Shown here: piece by piece, positions 1 through 13,268 of the stretch
How the letters are laid out: each line of letters opens with the position of its first letter
Numbering within the stretch: the first letter of the stretch is position 1
NCBI GenBank assembly: GCA_028534125.1
Contig: CM052817.1
Span: 41,356,001-41,420,000 of the forward strand
DNA from: Lama glama
Taxonomy: Eukaryota
Reading direction: 5' to 3'
DNA length: 64,000 nucleotides
Notes under the pieces: model-generated
Seen by the model: only the letters and a program-made list of their open reading frames with translations
What the model was told of the DNA's origin: nothing
The model's database searches: none
Made by a program: the position numbers and the translations under genes

Positions 1-4
1 TGCT

Positions 5-160
5 ATAAATAAATATAACATGTATTTTATAATATATATATATATAATATTTATTTCAAAATCATTCTGTTTTCCTCTTTTGTCCCTGTCTTTATCTATC
101 TATCTATCTATCATTTATTTTATATATATATACATACATACATATACATATATATATATG
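5..160. repeat. (TA)n/(TCTA)n/(TACA)n low-complexity microsatellite cluster
   Basis: Runs of tatatata, tctatctatcta and tacatacata are directly visible. Confidence 0.85.
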
Positions 161-2214
161 AATGTCTTGCAAATAATTCCCCACTACTCAAGGGGAAATA
201 GATCACAAGATTCATCCATTAACAACACTGCTCTTTGGCACAGATTCGAAGACCACTATTACTGGCCACAGAAAGAAGGTGCCAGGGCCTGAGGCTAGAT
301 TGAACCATGCTCCTGTAATTGCTGGAGAAATCTACCAAACTGATTAAACTACAGGTCTACTATCAATAGCTGAGCATACATGAGAAGAAGATTTGTATGT
401 GGTAAGAACTATACTTTTCCTCAACCAGTTATTATTTGTCGTATGGAAGCTATGACTGTAACATTTGATTGTATTCTTCTTGGCTTGAAAATTCAGAACT
501 AACTGAATGGAACTTTGTAGTATGCGTGTATTTATTCTAATATTCTCCCTGATTTATCAAAAATAGTTTCCCTATGCTGACAAATTAACTCTGTTCTCTT
601 TATTCTATTGAGTGAATACATTTCCTTAAAACATCTTTAAATCGTTAAATGTAATTGGATAGAGATTATGTTAAAAAAAACTGAGGATAGATTTGTATTA
701 TCTTTTCCGTATGCAATGGCTGTTTTTAGTACTGTCTAGATCAGATACTTTTCAGAAAAATAATTAGTATGATTTACATCCTATGCCAATTCTTAGTGTA
801 TAATATAATAATATACCTAATGGACAGAATCCCACTGACAAGATAACAAACCTTATTTACATCTCTAAGGGAAGTAGAGAAGGCCATTTGGACTTAAACA
901 CAGAGATTTGTTTTGCACCCACTAAAGAATGTATTTTTAGGCTGTTTAAAATATGCACTCATCAGAAGATGACACTAGATATATAATAAAGGTCATTTGC
1001 TTAAGCATTTCCTAGAATTGGTCATGAAGTCATCTCCCTGTACAGACAAAATTAAAAACCATTTAACTTCTAGAATTCATCTCTCACAGGCTATATTTGA
1101 AACCTATCTTGGGCTATTAATTGAGATGTTCATTAACTAGTTGAAGGCATAAAATACCCTGGGTAATCTATCTGCTACCACTCAAGTAATGTTAAATAAA
1201 GAATTGAGAAGTTGCCCATAAAATTCATTTTCCCTCTCAATCCAAATACTAAAGCCTGGTTAGCTCACTTCACTAGAACATGGTTCATTTAATGTCAAAG
1301 CTAGGCTCAGTGACTTCAATGGCCAGATAACTGTATGGAAAGGAGTAGCCACAGGCTGTAAGCACAGAGCCAACAATCTCCCAAGTATGTGCCCAGGACT
1401 GGAAGAGACAAAGTACGAGCAAGGCAGGCTCAGAGCTCACTTGGATGCCCATGTTAGCCGGACCATATTTGAAGGACAGAATATTCCCTGTGCTCATCAT
1501 TTAAATGCACATCCAAGAACCAGAGTACCTAGCCTACAAGCACAGTGCTAGGAACTTACATACATTATCTTACTCATTTATGAACTCAGAGCTGAACTAG
1601 GAAAACAACCAGAGGCCAGGATGGTAAGAACAGTTCAGACTCTAGGAATTATTATAGCTTCTTCATGTGCTTATTGGATTTCTTGTTACCTTTGTGGTAG
1701 CCTCAATTCCCTTAAAATGATAAGATCTTTTTTTATAGGAGCACAAGAAAATTTTGGAAGCTTTGTGGAGAGCAGAGTTCAGGGTTAGAGAAGATAGTAG
1801 CAGCAACAAGAAGTTGAAAAACAAGAGGGTCCGTGAGGCAGTGGTGTGCTGGTAAGTGCTTTAAAAATGGCTGCGGGGGTGGTACCTCAGTTTGGGATGT
1901 TTGCTGGTTTGCCGATGCCCCTGGTGTAAATTTTCTCCCTACTGCCAATTTCAATACATCTACACAATGTCATTGAACATGGAAGAGATGTATACACTTA
2001 GCTTTGTGGGCTGGTGGAGAGCCACCTCCAGCACACCCCATGGAGAAAAGTGCCAGGATCTCCCTTGGTCCCAGAGATTGGGGCCAGCTGGGGTGTATTT
2101 TATGTTTCTGCCTTAGCTTTGTGCTTCCTAACTCTAGGACTGTGACTGTCCATCTTTACATACTTAACTTCTAGCACAGCATCTGACACATAACATGCCT
2201 GTGAATGGCCTGAA

Positions 2215-2320
2215 AGCCAAGAGCTCAGATTTTAAGTTCAGCCTCTATTGCTGTTTGAGTGTTCAGCCTTCAGGATGTCACCTAAGCCTCATTTTCCTCA
2301 CTTGAAAGATTGGAATTTAA
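2215..2320 (+). mobile_element. MIR SINE fragment
   Basis: aagcctcattttcctcacttgaaagattggaat resembles the MIR core gcctcagtttcctcatctgtaaaatggg. Confidence 0.5.
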
Positions 2321-4118
2321 AGTAATTCTACTCCTATGTCATCGGCTCTGAGATGCTATACAAAAAAGTATTACTTTTCTTCAATCAAGATGCATAGCTT
2401 CCCCTCGATTTCTCAGATTTTTTTTTAAACTTAAGAAATGGTGGTTAGTTTAGTAGAAGTTATTGCTTGTAAACTCATGTGGGCTCTGAGTAATTCTTCC
2501 TTTTCTAAGTGCTTAAAGGCAGTGGTATGTTTATCAGGCATCAATTGTGAAAAATCAGATATTTGTTTTCTAAAGCTGAGCTTCACTTCATACTTGGACT
2601 CCCATTCTGCTCTCCAGGAGCATATGTAATCTTACAAAATCAAAGAAACCTCCACTGAATTCTGCAATTTCTCAGGCAGTTCAGGGCATTCCCCCTCCTC
2701 TTGGCACATCCAGGTTTGTGAGCTGTCATTTTCACTTCTGAAAAAGGAGGATCATTCAGAATTCATAGAAGCAGCATCAATTTGCTCTGAAGGCTATTGA
2801 CAGACACCCACGGGAATGGAGCAGGTTATCCCAAATAAACAAGTAGCGATTCCTGTGATGTCTCGGAGGAGAGACCCTGGGCCTTGGTCACATCTCAGGT
2901 TGAGGTTGATGGGGGCATTTCTAGACTCCAGGGGCAGCCTATCCCGCTCCATGGGGATCAGCCAGGTTGCTCTTGGAGGGGGTAGTCTGCACTGTCTGCC
3001 CTGAGGGCCTTCTGGCAAGAATGTATTCGTGGAGCAGAAGGCTCACACAGGATGTGGGCAGACAGAACCAACTCAAAACATAATCAGCTGCCTCCCTCCT
3101 AGTAAGGGAGACAACATGGAAATTTCTAAAATGCCCTGCTTGGGCTTAGAATCAACCTCAAGGAGGAAAGGATGAGAAAAAAACCCTGAGAGAGGGTCTT
3201 TCTAATCGTAAACCTGAAGGAGAAAATGGCTGAGTTGTACCAAGTTAAACTCAGAGATGAGTAGCTTGTTTTCTTTAACAGCCAGAATTGTGGCCAGTAG
3301 CCAGAAATCACATTTGATTCTTGACTTGGTCATTGTGGAATTCCTACTTGATAAAATAATCATCTATTTTAGCCCTTTATTAGAAATTGACACCAAATAT
3401 GTCTATCTCCTCTTTTTGGAGGGGGGCAACTTTTCTGCTTCTAGACTCTCAGCATCGCCTCTGTTTTCTGTGATTATGCAACAGTTACAAAAATGAGCAA
3501 TATTCACATTTGCAAATTCTCCTAGTACTTTGGGAAGCGATTCATCTCTGTCTGGAGATCTGTGTTTATTTAAAGCCACTAAGAGCTTTATTTCTAACTG
3601 CTTTCCACTTATCCTGGGTTTCTATTCCCTCGCTATCGTGTTAGTTCAAGCCTTTCCAGCTTGAAGATTACTGCTTCTTGTGGATCATGGGGTACTTTAT
3701 ACTGAATAGTGAGATAATGTTAATTCACCATTAGCATCAGTTGTGGTTGATAAATGAAAGAACAGTTGTTATAATTAAATGCAGCCCTGTAGATCATACA
3801 ATCCAAGTGAAGTGGAGACTTAATATAAATATACAAATGAATTAAGTCAAGAACACTTTTTAATTGATTAGGTGATGTGATTTTGCAGCTTAAATTATTT
3901 GGATATTCTAAGTGCCCTGGTTTGCCCTTTTACAGCCCAGTGCAGATAAGGTTTATCGGCAAAGAAAATGCACTGTGGACAGATTCTTAGATAATTAGGA
4001 TTTTGATTCTCTCCTTGGCCAAAGAAAGTCTAAGTCAAAGAATGAAAGGAAGATTTTGGGGTCCTAATAATTTTTCAATCTTTCTGCAGGCTCTTCTCTA
4101 CCACGCTTTTCACAGAGA

Positions 4119-4380
4119 CAGAGGTGGTTGACCATGACACTGATGGAGCTTAAACTTCAGGCCCATGGAGTAGCCCAAGCAATGTCTTCATACAGACACG
4201 TGTTTTTGTAAATTTTACAAAAGTATGACGTTTAACTGTAATCTGTTCACACCTCTGTCTGTCGTATTTAGTCTCTTGTCAGGGGGTCTTGGGTTGGCTG
4301 TGAAAATTTTGGGGATCTTGAGATGAGAGCAGATTTAGGTTGGTATGATCTGTGGGGTTTACAATCAGTTACATTATTGC
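4119..4380 (+). mobile_element. hAT-Tip100 DNA transposon 5' end (Zaphod/MER115-like)
   Basis: cagaggtggttgaccatgacactgatggagcttaaacttcaggccc...tgtttttgtaaattttacaaaag matches the recalled consensus start. Confidence 0.5.
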
Positions 4381-4672
4381 TGGTTTTTCCTCTGTGACGT
4401 GGTTTTCATGTGTGGTGTGTGACACAAAGGTGCAGGACTGGAGGTGTATTGTGACACACTAGGACTCAGCACTGGAAACAGGAGGGTCCTAGAGGAGAGA
4501 CAAGGCTGGAAATAGATAGACTCAAGAGCTAATCTGTGGGAAATTATTGCAGTCACTGGATATGTACAATTTTAAGCAAAGGATTCATTCTTGTTGATTC
4601 CTAGTCAAAATAGAAGTTCTCACATGTCCAGAATATGCTCAGTAATGCAGGATATATATAACTAAGTACCAA

Positions 4673-5517
4673 AGAAATGCAAATCAAAACTGCAATGAGA
4701 TATCACTTCACACACGTCAGAATGGCCAACCTTAAAAAGTTCACAAATGATAAATGCTGGAGAGAGTGTAGAGAAAAGGGAACCCTCCTACACTGTTGGT
4801 GGGAATGTAGTTTGGTGCTGCTATTATGAAAAAACTGTATGGAGATTCCTCAAAAAACTAAAAACAGACTTATCATATGATCCAGCAATCCCATTCCTGG
4901 GCATATATCTGGAGGAAACTCTAATTCGAAAAGATACATGCATTCCAATGTTTATAGCAGCACTGTATACAATAACCAAGATATGGACACAATCTAAATG
5001 TCCATCGATAAATGACTGGATAAAGAAGCTGTGGTATATTTATATAATGGAATACTACTCAGCCATAAAAAAGAATAAAATAATGCCATTTGCAGCAACA
5101 TGGATAGGCCTAGAGATCATCATTCTAAGTGAAGTAAGCCAGAAAGAGACAGAAAAATACCATATGATATCACTCATATGCGGAATATTAAAAAAAAGGA
5201 TGCTATGAACTCATCTACAAAATAGGAACAGACTTGCAGACATAGTAAATAATCTTATGGTTACTGGGAAAAAGGGGTTGGAACATATAAATTTGGGAGT
5301 ATGAGATTTACAAATGTTAGCCACTATATATAAAAAGATTTTTAAAAAGTTTCTTCTGTATAGCACAGTGAACTATGTTCAATATCTTGTAATAAACTTT
5401 AATCAAAAAATATGAAAAGGAATATATGTATGTATATGCATTACTGGGACATTGTGCTGTACACCAGAAGTTGACACATTATAATTGACTGTACTTCAAC
5501 AAACAAACAAACAAAAA
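4673..5517 (+). mobile_element. 5'-truncated LINE-1: ORF2 C-terminus, 3' UTR and (CAAA)n tail
   Basis: ORF 4747-5208 contains [58 protein letters not shown], the L1 ORF2 end. It is followed by an artiodactyl-type 3' UTR and an A-rich tail. Confidence 0.95.
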
Positions 5518-5552
5518 TAGTCACTATCTGAGAATAGATCACACTCTTGTTT

Positions 5553-5675
5553 TATTCTGGCTCTACCTTACCAGTGGCACGTCCTTGGGCCTACTCATCT
5601 CTTGACCTGTAAAATGGGGGAAAATGTACCCAATTCACAGGGCTGTTTGTTATAAGCATTAAATGGGTAAATACC
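5553..5675 (+). mobile_element. MIR SINE fragment
   Basis: ctgtaaaatggggg...cacagggctgtttg...attaaatg MIR core. Confidence 0.7.
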
Positions 5676-6555
5676 ATTATGATTTTTGAATTGGAGCTGT
5701 CATTCATTACCAAGATCCATGCCAAATAATGACCCTAAAGAACTACAGGGAGTTACAGAGATTTTTTTAAATTAATGAGTTGCTTTTTATTAAAATGCAT
5801 TAGTTATTATTTTTGTACTATCATTTATATAAGATTTACTTAGTTTGCAGCCATGAGTATTATACTGGCTTTCAGTTTTATAATTGATAGTGTTTTGATT
5901 TTTCAGCTTGAGCAATATGAATAAGAAATACAGCATGTAGCAAAGTCTTAAATATTTTGTCACATCACTTATATTGTGAAGATGTATCAGGTCAAAGAAA
6001 CAAAAGCAGGCACTATTAAATATACAGGATCTTCTAGTCATCACAAAATTTTGTGCACGAGTTGGTAAGATGAATTAATAAAGCATCTTTCTTTTTCACC
6101 AGGTTTTTAAAAAATGTTTTTCTTCATTCTTCCAGTTTTTCTTATTCATTTCAAAAGAACAGAGTTTAAGTAATCTTTAGAAAAAGAGCTTTCCCAGACT
6201 TATGCTTTTTCTTCCTTACCCCAGTAGGAGAGATTTCTCCTTCTCTCAATTAAAAAAATTTCTTCCCACTTATAGCTGTATCTCTCATACAGTTAATCAG
6301 GGAAATTGTCTTGGAGCCATCTTTGGGGTGTCTAGTGTAGCATGAGAAATGGGACCACAAGACAGAGGCAGATTAGGCTGAAGATGACAACATTAGCTGG
6401 TACTAAAAAGATGTAGGAGATGCTCATATGTGTACAATAAGCACCTGAGTCTGGTTTCCTGGCAACAACGTCCTTCTATGCTCCTCCCTCAAACAGTGTG
6501 CTTCTTTTTTGCAGTAAATATTCACCTGTTTGGCTTCCCTGTGGCTGATGTTAAA

Positions 6556-7050
6556 TGTTTCAGTTACTATTGCTGCAAAACAAACCACCTCTAATTCAGG
6601 GAAACAGAACAACGATCATTTTATTGTGCTCACAGATTCTGGAGGCCAGGGATTTTGCGTGAGCACAGAAGAGATCCTTTCCTCTACTCCACAAACCTGA
6701 GAGTGAAACAGACAGTGGTGACCTGAATGGTTGAGAGCTGGGATCATCTGGAAGCTTTTCCACTCACATGTCTGACTCCTGGGTTGGAGGGACTCAAGTT
6801 TGGCTTCACCGGGAACCATTGGCCAGAAAGCCTGTTTCTGGCCTCTGCATCTTAACAAGACATCCCTGACTGCTCAAGAGAGAGGGCCAATGAACAAGGT
6901 GAAGGATGCAAGGCATTTAACAACGAACATCAGAAGCAGTATAGTGTCCCTTCTGTCACACTCTATTAGTCAAAAGTCGTTATAAGCCCACCCAGATTCC
7001 AAGAAAGGAAACATAGACCCTACTTCTTACTTGAAAAGGCATCAAGGAAT
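6556..7050 (-). mobile_element. MaLR solo LTR (MLT1F/G/H-like)
   Basis: Starts tgtttcagttactattgctgc (reverse complement of the LTR 3' end), then ctcacagattctggaggccagg and ctctattagtcaaaag..cccagattccaag..catagaccctac. Confidence 0.8.
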
Positions 7051-7654
7051 TTTCAACTTTTTTTTAAAAAAAAACTCAATATTCAATTTCACTTTAAGAA
7101 CTGAGAATCAGGGATAAATACACATAATTGATTTCCCTGAACCACACATCTCCAGACAGAAATCTTGGTGAGAAAGTGAGATGAGATCTTATGTAATCTA
7201 AGTGAGGAGATGTTCTGTACTAGACGGGGCTTTGTGTGGTAGGGACTGATGAGTCAAAATTCTGTATTTTGTGCTTGAGATTTTGCCTTCAAGAAACAGG
7301 TTTCCTGTTGGGGTGTGAATAAAACATGTTAACATCCATGGTTGGCATGAAGATCCACTGAGATATTGTGAAGAGTAATATTCTACTAGATTGACTTCTC
7401 CAAGCAAACCCAAGGCAGAGAAAGAGTAGAACTCAGTAGTCCCTTAATACTTAGGCTGGATTTAGGTTAACAAATCACAGGTTGCATCTAGAAGGGAAAC
7501 GGTGACAATCTGATGGGCTTTATAAAATTCAGTTTTCTGAGAAGCCTTGTGGCTGGCAGTTGGGAGTATGTTTCACTGTTTTAAAGACCTAGCTACCCTT
7601 TAAGCCAGTCATGTATTATGACCACATATCAGGTTTATCTGTGATATTAAGGCA

Positions 7655-7848
7655 TAATAATATAGCAGCAAACATTTATTTAGTGCTCACTGTATGCTAA
7701 ATATGTTAAACACTTAACACAGATTTAATCTTAACAACCGTATTATTATCATCTACATGTTAAGATGGAGAAACTAAGGTTTATGGGAATTATGTATTTC
7801 ATGAGGTTCTGGAAGCATGTAATATACAAAGCTGGGAATTGAATTCAG
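7655..7848 (-). mobile_element. MIR SINE
   Basis: aacatttatttagtgctcactgtatgc...agatggagaaactaaggt...gctgggaattgaattcag. Confidence 0.75.
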
Positions 7849-8190
7849 CTAACATATATTATACTGACTAATGATACAAAGCCTTACCTATTTGATAGCC
7901 TTTTTTGGGTTATGCCAACATAACACTAAATTAGGTTTTGACACAACCTAGATAATTTAATTCCATAAATATTTATTAGACAAGTCTTCAGTCTAACTAA
8001 ACTAATGTTTAGTGAGAGGTTAATGTCAACCAGGCACTGACACATAGAGATGACAAGACAAAAACTTCACCTTCAAGGACAGTGCAGTTTATTAGGAGAA
8101 AAGACTATTGCCATACCGAGGGGTAAATCTCAACCTAGTTTTAAACATTGTGTAAGTGCTGTGGAGACCAGAAAAATGAGCCAGACACAA

Positions 8191-8353
8191 AAGGGTGGGG
8201 AGGGAGGCGATAAATTGGGAGTTTGGGATTAGCAGATACAAACTACTGTATATAGAAGAAATAAACAACAAGTTCCTCCTATATAGCTCAGGGAACTATA
8301 TTCAGTATCTTGTAGTAACTTATAATGAAAAAGAATACATATATATATACATA
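8191..8353 (+). mobile_element. LINE-1 3' UTR fragment
   Basis: gataaattgggagtttgggattagcagatacaaactact...tatagctcagggaactatattcagtatcttgt, homologous to 5285-5430 and 35520-35650. Confidence 0.9.
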
Positions 8354-8810
8354 AATCTGTCCTCAAATACTTGTAATTTTTTTGAAAAACTGAATTCTAT
8401 TAACATAGCCTCATCAGATAATCTAGGCAAATATCCACTCTGGATCCTGATTTATGGTTTCTGATGATTGTTGGTAGTTTCTTTAGATTTCAAGATAGTG
8501 TTCCTTGGTGAAACATTCCATTTTTTTATGAATGTATCCAAACCTGTCAGAAAATAACCAATTATGCTTTTATGCAAGAACAACCAACATTGCTTGTATA
8601 GATGACAATAGCACCACGCAGAATGACTATCATTGTGGATGCATTGCCTTCAACTTTTAAAGTGTTAGTTACAATAGAGAAAACCTATCCCTGAGACTTG
8701 CCACTGGATAGTTAGTATTTTCAGTTAGTTACGTTTTGATCCATCCACCCATCCATCTAACATCCATTTAACTGCACAAGAGTGTGATGGATGTTAATGT
8801 CACCTGTCAG

Positions 8811-9180
8811 CTGTGTGGTGAATCTGGCTCACCCAGGCTTGTGAGTGGCAATTGTTAAATTTCCAGGAATTTGCATGCTTTAAAACCAGCCATTTAAAAA
8901 AATCTCAAATGATACAAACCTACAATTAAATAAATTAAGGTAAATTAAAAGTAAAGTTAATAAATACTCAAAACCCATCATTTCTTAATTATTTTACTGC
9001 ATTTCAGTATTATCTATGCTCTTAAGTGTATTTAAACTTATTATATCTGTATGGTGGACATATTATATAATGGTAAATTACTTTGCATTTCTTCCCAACT
9101 CTTCATTCAGTGATGTAATCTTAGTAGCTTGAAACCACTCATGGAGGGAATATGTACACTTTGGGAACTAGCAAAAGTAA
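8811..9180 (+). mobile_element. MER63-like hAT-Blackjack DNA transposon
   Basis: attgttaaatttccaggaattt...taataaatactcaaaacccatcatttcttaattattttact...ttcccaactc..ttcagtgatgt match the recalled MER63B consensus. Confidence 0.8.
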
Positions 9181-9498
9181 CTTGGTATATGTCATGGTTG
9201 TAAAACTGGCTGGGGACAGTGTTTTAAGAAATGACGTTTGTTCTTTGTTTATTTTGTAATGAAGATCTTTTATTTCATTGAATATTTAAAATAAACTAAA
9301 TACATTTGATAGTTTAAAAAATGAATCATCCCAGGAGGCTGTATAATGGAAAAAAAAAATCCCACAAATCCAGTTCACTATAGTCCTACTCTACATGGTG
9401 TGGTAACTGCTTTTAACTCTTAACTATTTCTTCTGGTAGTTATTTTCATATTTAGAAACAATACCATTTTTTAAAGGTAAAGGTGTACAACATAATGA

Positions 9499-9787
9499 TT
9501 TTTTGAATTGAGATATAATTGACCTATAATACTGTGTAAGTTTAAGGTCTACAAGGTGTTGATTTGATACATTTATGTATTACAATATGGTTACCACTGT
9601 TGTGTTAGCTAACACCTCCATCATCACATAATTATCATTTCTATTTGGTGAGGATATTTTGAGATCTAGTCTGTTAGCAACTTTGAAGTATACAACACAG
9701 TCTTACTAACTATAACCACCATGCTGTGCACTAGATCTCCAGAACTCATTCATCTTGTACTTGCAAGTTTGTATTCTTTGACCAACA
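9499..9787 (-). mobile_element. Old LINE-1 3' end (L1MA-like)
   Basis: tttgaattgagatataattgac...tttaaggtctacaa...ttagcaactttgaagtatacaa...tagatctccagaactcattcatcttg. Confidence 0.85.
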
Positions 9788-11654
9788 AGCAGTAAAGAAG
9801 CAATATTCTTAAAATGCATGTGGTAAAGTGATTTCAGATACCAAGATACCAATCTTATATTGTCTTTGGATTGCCCCCAAATGAATCAATAATTTTCACT
9901 TAAACATTTTTTCAAATAGAAAATAATAATTTATTTTAACTTTATTTTACTTCATATTTGTAACTAATGATTTCATAAACTTACTTGTAAAAGTATGTCC
10001 CTTCAAATCTACAAAGCAAAATTTACTACCATGAACACTTAAAATTCTACAAACCATCTCCATCTGCATTTGATTCTAGAATTTGTTGTTGAAATTATTT
10101 TCTCTTGGCATTTTGAAGGCACTAGGACTAAATCATCTTTTTTTCTCCACACTTTTCCCACCAACACTACAGTGACAGAATAATTCTGAGTTTATATTGT
10201 ATATTTAATAGATATTGTTTATTTGACATTCCACTGTGTATTTACTATATAGAAACTGTCAGGAACATAATTTATTTAATTCCTTCCAGTGCTTAGCATT
10301 ATTAGGCATTATAAAAAATATTTATTGAAAGAAGTGGTAAAATTAAGTTACCCAGGGATAATTAAAAAAATTTATTTGCTCCAAATTAATTTTTATTTGT
10401 GCAATATATGGTGCAAATACATCAGAAAACACAAACATCATCTACAAGATAGGAGAAAGACAGTTGTGAGCACTTCTTGGGTTAGAGTGTTTTGAAAGAA
10501 GCTGCTATTTTCACTCACTATTATACTATTATTTTTCTCTGGAAATCCTCCAATTTGTCATAAAAGTCAATAGGGGAAATTTTCTTTATAGAAACTTACT
10601 CTATGATCAAAGTCAATTGGGCCTATCTTTTTTGTAAATAACACAATGGCTATAAAAATAAAACAAAAATATCCATTATACGATTTTCATACTTACCACA
10701 TAATTAGATCTCTTTTAAATAAGACAGGTATTTAAATAGTTAAATGACACAGCTTAAAGTATAACCTAAGATTTTTCCCTATTTAGTCCCATTTTGACTT
10801 TTTTCTGGCTCCCTTTAATTAGCCTGATGGAGTGAGTTCGAGATCTTAAGTCTTATGTGAGCCTGAGCCAAGTTCTCAGCTCATTAATGTCTGAGTTTAC
10901 CCAAGTTTCTCACAATTTCCTCCTTCAAAGTAAGACATACCAAACTCTTTAGAAAGGAGAGATGTAAAATGATTCAGATTTGGGTTTTTGTGGACCCAAA
11001 ATGAAATGCTCTGTAGAGTTTATTAAAGCTTCTTTTGTGAAAGTTGAGCAGCACTTGTTAACTAGGCAGTTTCTGGGCAAAGTCCCACTCAGCTGCCTTC
11101 AGGCTCAGTCTAGAGAATTCTCTATTTTATCTTTAATTTCCTTCTTTCACATTTCTTTCCTTCATGTTTAGATGAGAAAGGGCAAGTTCACCCTTGTCTT
11201 AGTCTTTGACAACCTGGTTCTCCTTGACGTTGGACACAGTCTGGTGAGTAGTAAGTAATGAGAGGCAGGGAAGTCAGCTGGGAGGTAAGAGTGAAGAGGG
11301 TGGGATTCATGTGTGCTGGTCCTCAGAAGAGTCATCAATAGCCTGTGCTGGGCCTGGCATCCAGTTTATTATTTAAGTGGACGTCTCAGTCTAGAGATTG
11401 CCATCTGGTTCTAACAATAAACGGATAGAGCTTTGAGAAGACACATGGCTGATCGCCCAGGCTGCCTTCTTTCCTTCCCGTGGAGCACCCCTCTGCCAGA
11501 CACCATCCTGGTGAACAAAGCACATGGGAGGAAACTGACAAAGAACCAATACACACACGAGGTAATTTACTTATCTAGGATCATTGAAGGTGATTAAGTG
11601 CTGGGAAGAAAATTAACGCAGGGAAGGTGACAGGGAGCGCGGAACACTGGGAGC

Positions 11655-11769
11655 CAGACTACAGACTCTCTCCACACCTAGTGAATCAGACTAGCCAAGG
11701 GTGTGAGGAGCAGAATTATGAGCAAGCTCCCTGTGGGCTCAATTGTGTTTTAAAGTTTAAGAATCACTG
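11655..11769. mobile_element. MER5-like hAT-Charlie fragment
   Basis: tgaatcagact...caagctccc...aaagtttaagaatcactg ending in a terminal-inverted-repeat (TIR)-like sequence. Confidence 0.55.
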
Positions 11770-12030
11770 ACCTAGATAAAATTCCTTGTTTTGTACTAAA
11801 TAGTATAGGTAAAGAACAAATACATTCTTCAAAAGTTTCGTAGACTTTGTTGTTTATTGAGACTGTCTTTCTCCATTTGCTTTTCCTCTGAACATATGAT
11901 GGAAATCTTTTTAGCATCCTCATGCTCTTTTCTGTAGCTCTCACCCTGCTGTCTGAAGGTTGGCTTTTAGAGAAGTTGGTGAAGGCAAGACTACCAGAAA
12001 TCTCAGGCTGTAAGTAAGATACACTGATTG

Positions 12031-12199
12031 AACAACAAGGTCCCTATAGCACAGGGAACTATATTCAACACCTTGTAATAGTCTATAATGGAAAAGAATT
12101 TGAAATGGAATATATATACATATATATAACAGAATCACTCTGCTGTACACCAGAAACTAACAGAACATTGTAAACCGACTACACTTCAATTTGAAAAAA
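12031..12199 (+). mobile_element. Short L1 3'-end insertion with 15-bp TSD
   Basis: L1 3' UTR plus A-tail, flanked by aagatacactgattg (12016-12030) and aagatgcactgattg (12200-12214). Confidence 0.92.
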
Positions 12200-13069
12200 A
12201 AGATGCACTGATTGGTTTCAATAAAATCACCCAGAGAATATGATACTTAGACAACAATGAGTTATAACAAAATAATTAACCATCATATTACTTTATTCAA
12301 TTACATAGAAGTGCTTTTGTTTGGACTCGAGGATGCAACTCAATTTTCTTTTGCTAAAAACGTGCATGCTTGTAAATTTTTATTATCTTTATCTATGGAA
12401 ACAGACTACTCTGGATGGCTCTAACATCACATGACCTGTTCACTAAACATTTGGGCAGGGCAATAAATCTTGATGAACTTTGTCCATTGTTCTTATTAGT
12501 GAGAGATTAAAAACTGACAGGTAGAGCAAATGATTTAATAAGTAACCTCTGCTCTTCAGAGTCAGTGGGATTAGGGCTTGCTGTAGGGAAAAGGAGTGGA
12601 AGCAATTTCTTCCTTTCAGCTTCTCTTAGCAACCTCAGGTCTCTGTCATAGTGGATCCGAGAGTCCTCACATGAGCTGGATGCTTGTGCAGGACACAAGG
12701 AAGTGCTTTTCTCCTGACAGGTATCTAAGCCCCAGGAAATACAATGAAGTGAGTACAGGAAACGAGTAGGACATTTCCCATTAGTTTTATAGTGAGAATA
12801 GTTATCAGTTTAACTCTTTTATTTTGAAAAAATTATGAACACTTGTATTATTTTTATATTTTAAGCATATGACTTGAATACACTCCAATTTAACTTTGGT
12901 TCCAAGCAAAGAGGTCATACTGGGATTTAAACTGATGAAGTAAATACATTCTCTTTTCTGTCTAGAGACCCTGGTCCTTTATTGAATGATTCTTAACTTT
13001 GAAATAGCTGGTATTTTGTTATAGAGCTTGGGAAGCTAAATAAATAAGTGAGAGTCACACTGACATAGT

Positions 13070-13268
13070 TGAAAAAATTCTGGAGATTAAGTTCAGAAAA
13101 CCTGAGTTTGAATTCATATTACTACAAATTACCTTGGTAGCCTTCATTTTTCATTGGCGAAAGTTGGGGTAATGTGTGAATCCTAGGACTATTGGAAAGG
13201 TTAAATGAAATAACATGCAAAGGCAGCTGGCACAGTACCCAGTACATAGAATAAACCCAAATGACGCT
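13070..13268 (+). mobile_element. MIR SINE
   Basis: cagaaaacctgagtttgaattc...aggttaaatgaaataacatgcaaagg..ctggcacagtaccc. Confidence 0.7.

Noticed and set aside
2794..3018. 74-aa Cys-containing ORF as a small protein or terminal exon
   Set aside because: It has a non-ATG start, no convincing acceptor and no recognisable homology.
4747..5208. 153-aa ORF as a host gene
   Set aside because: It is a frameshifted L1 ORF2 C-terminus within a truncated L1.
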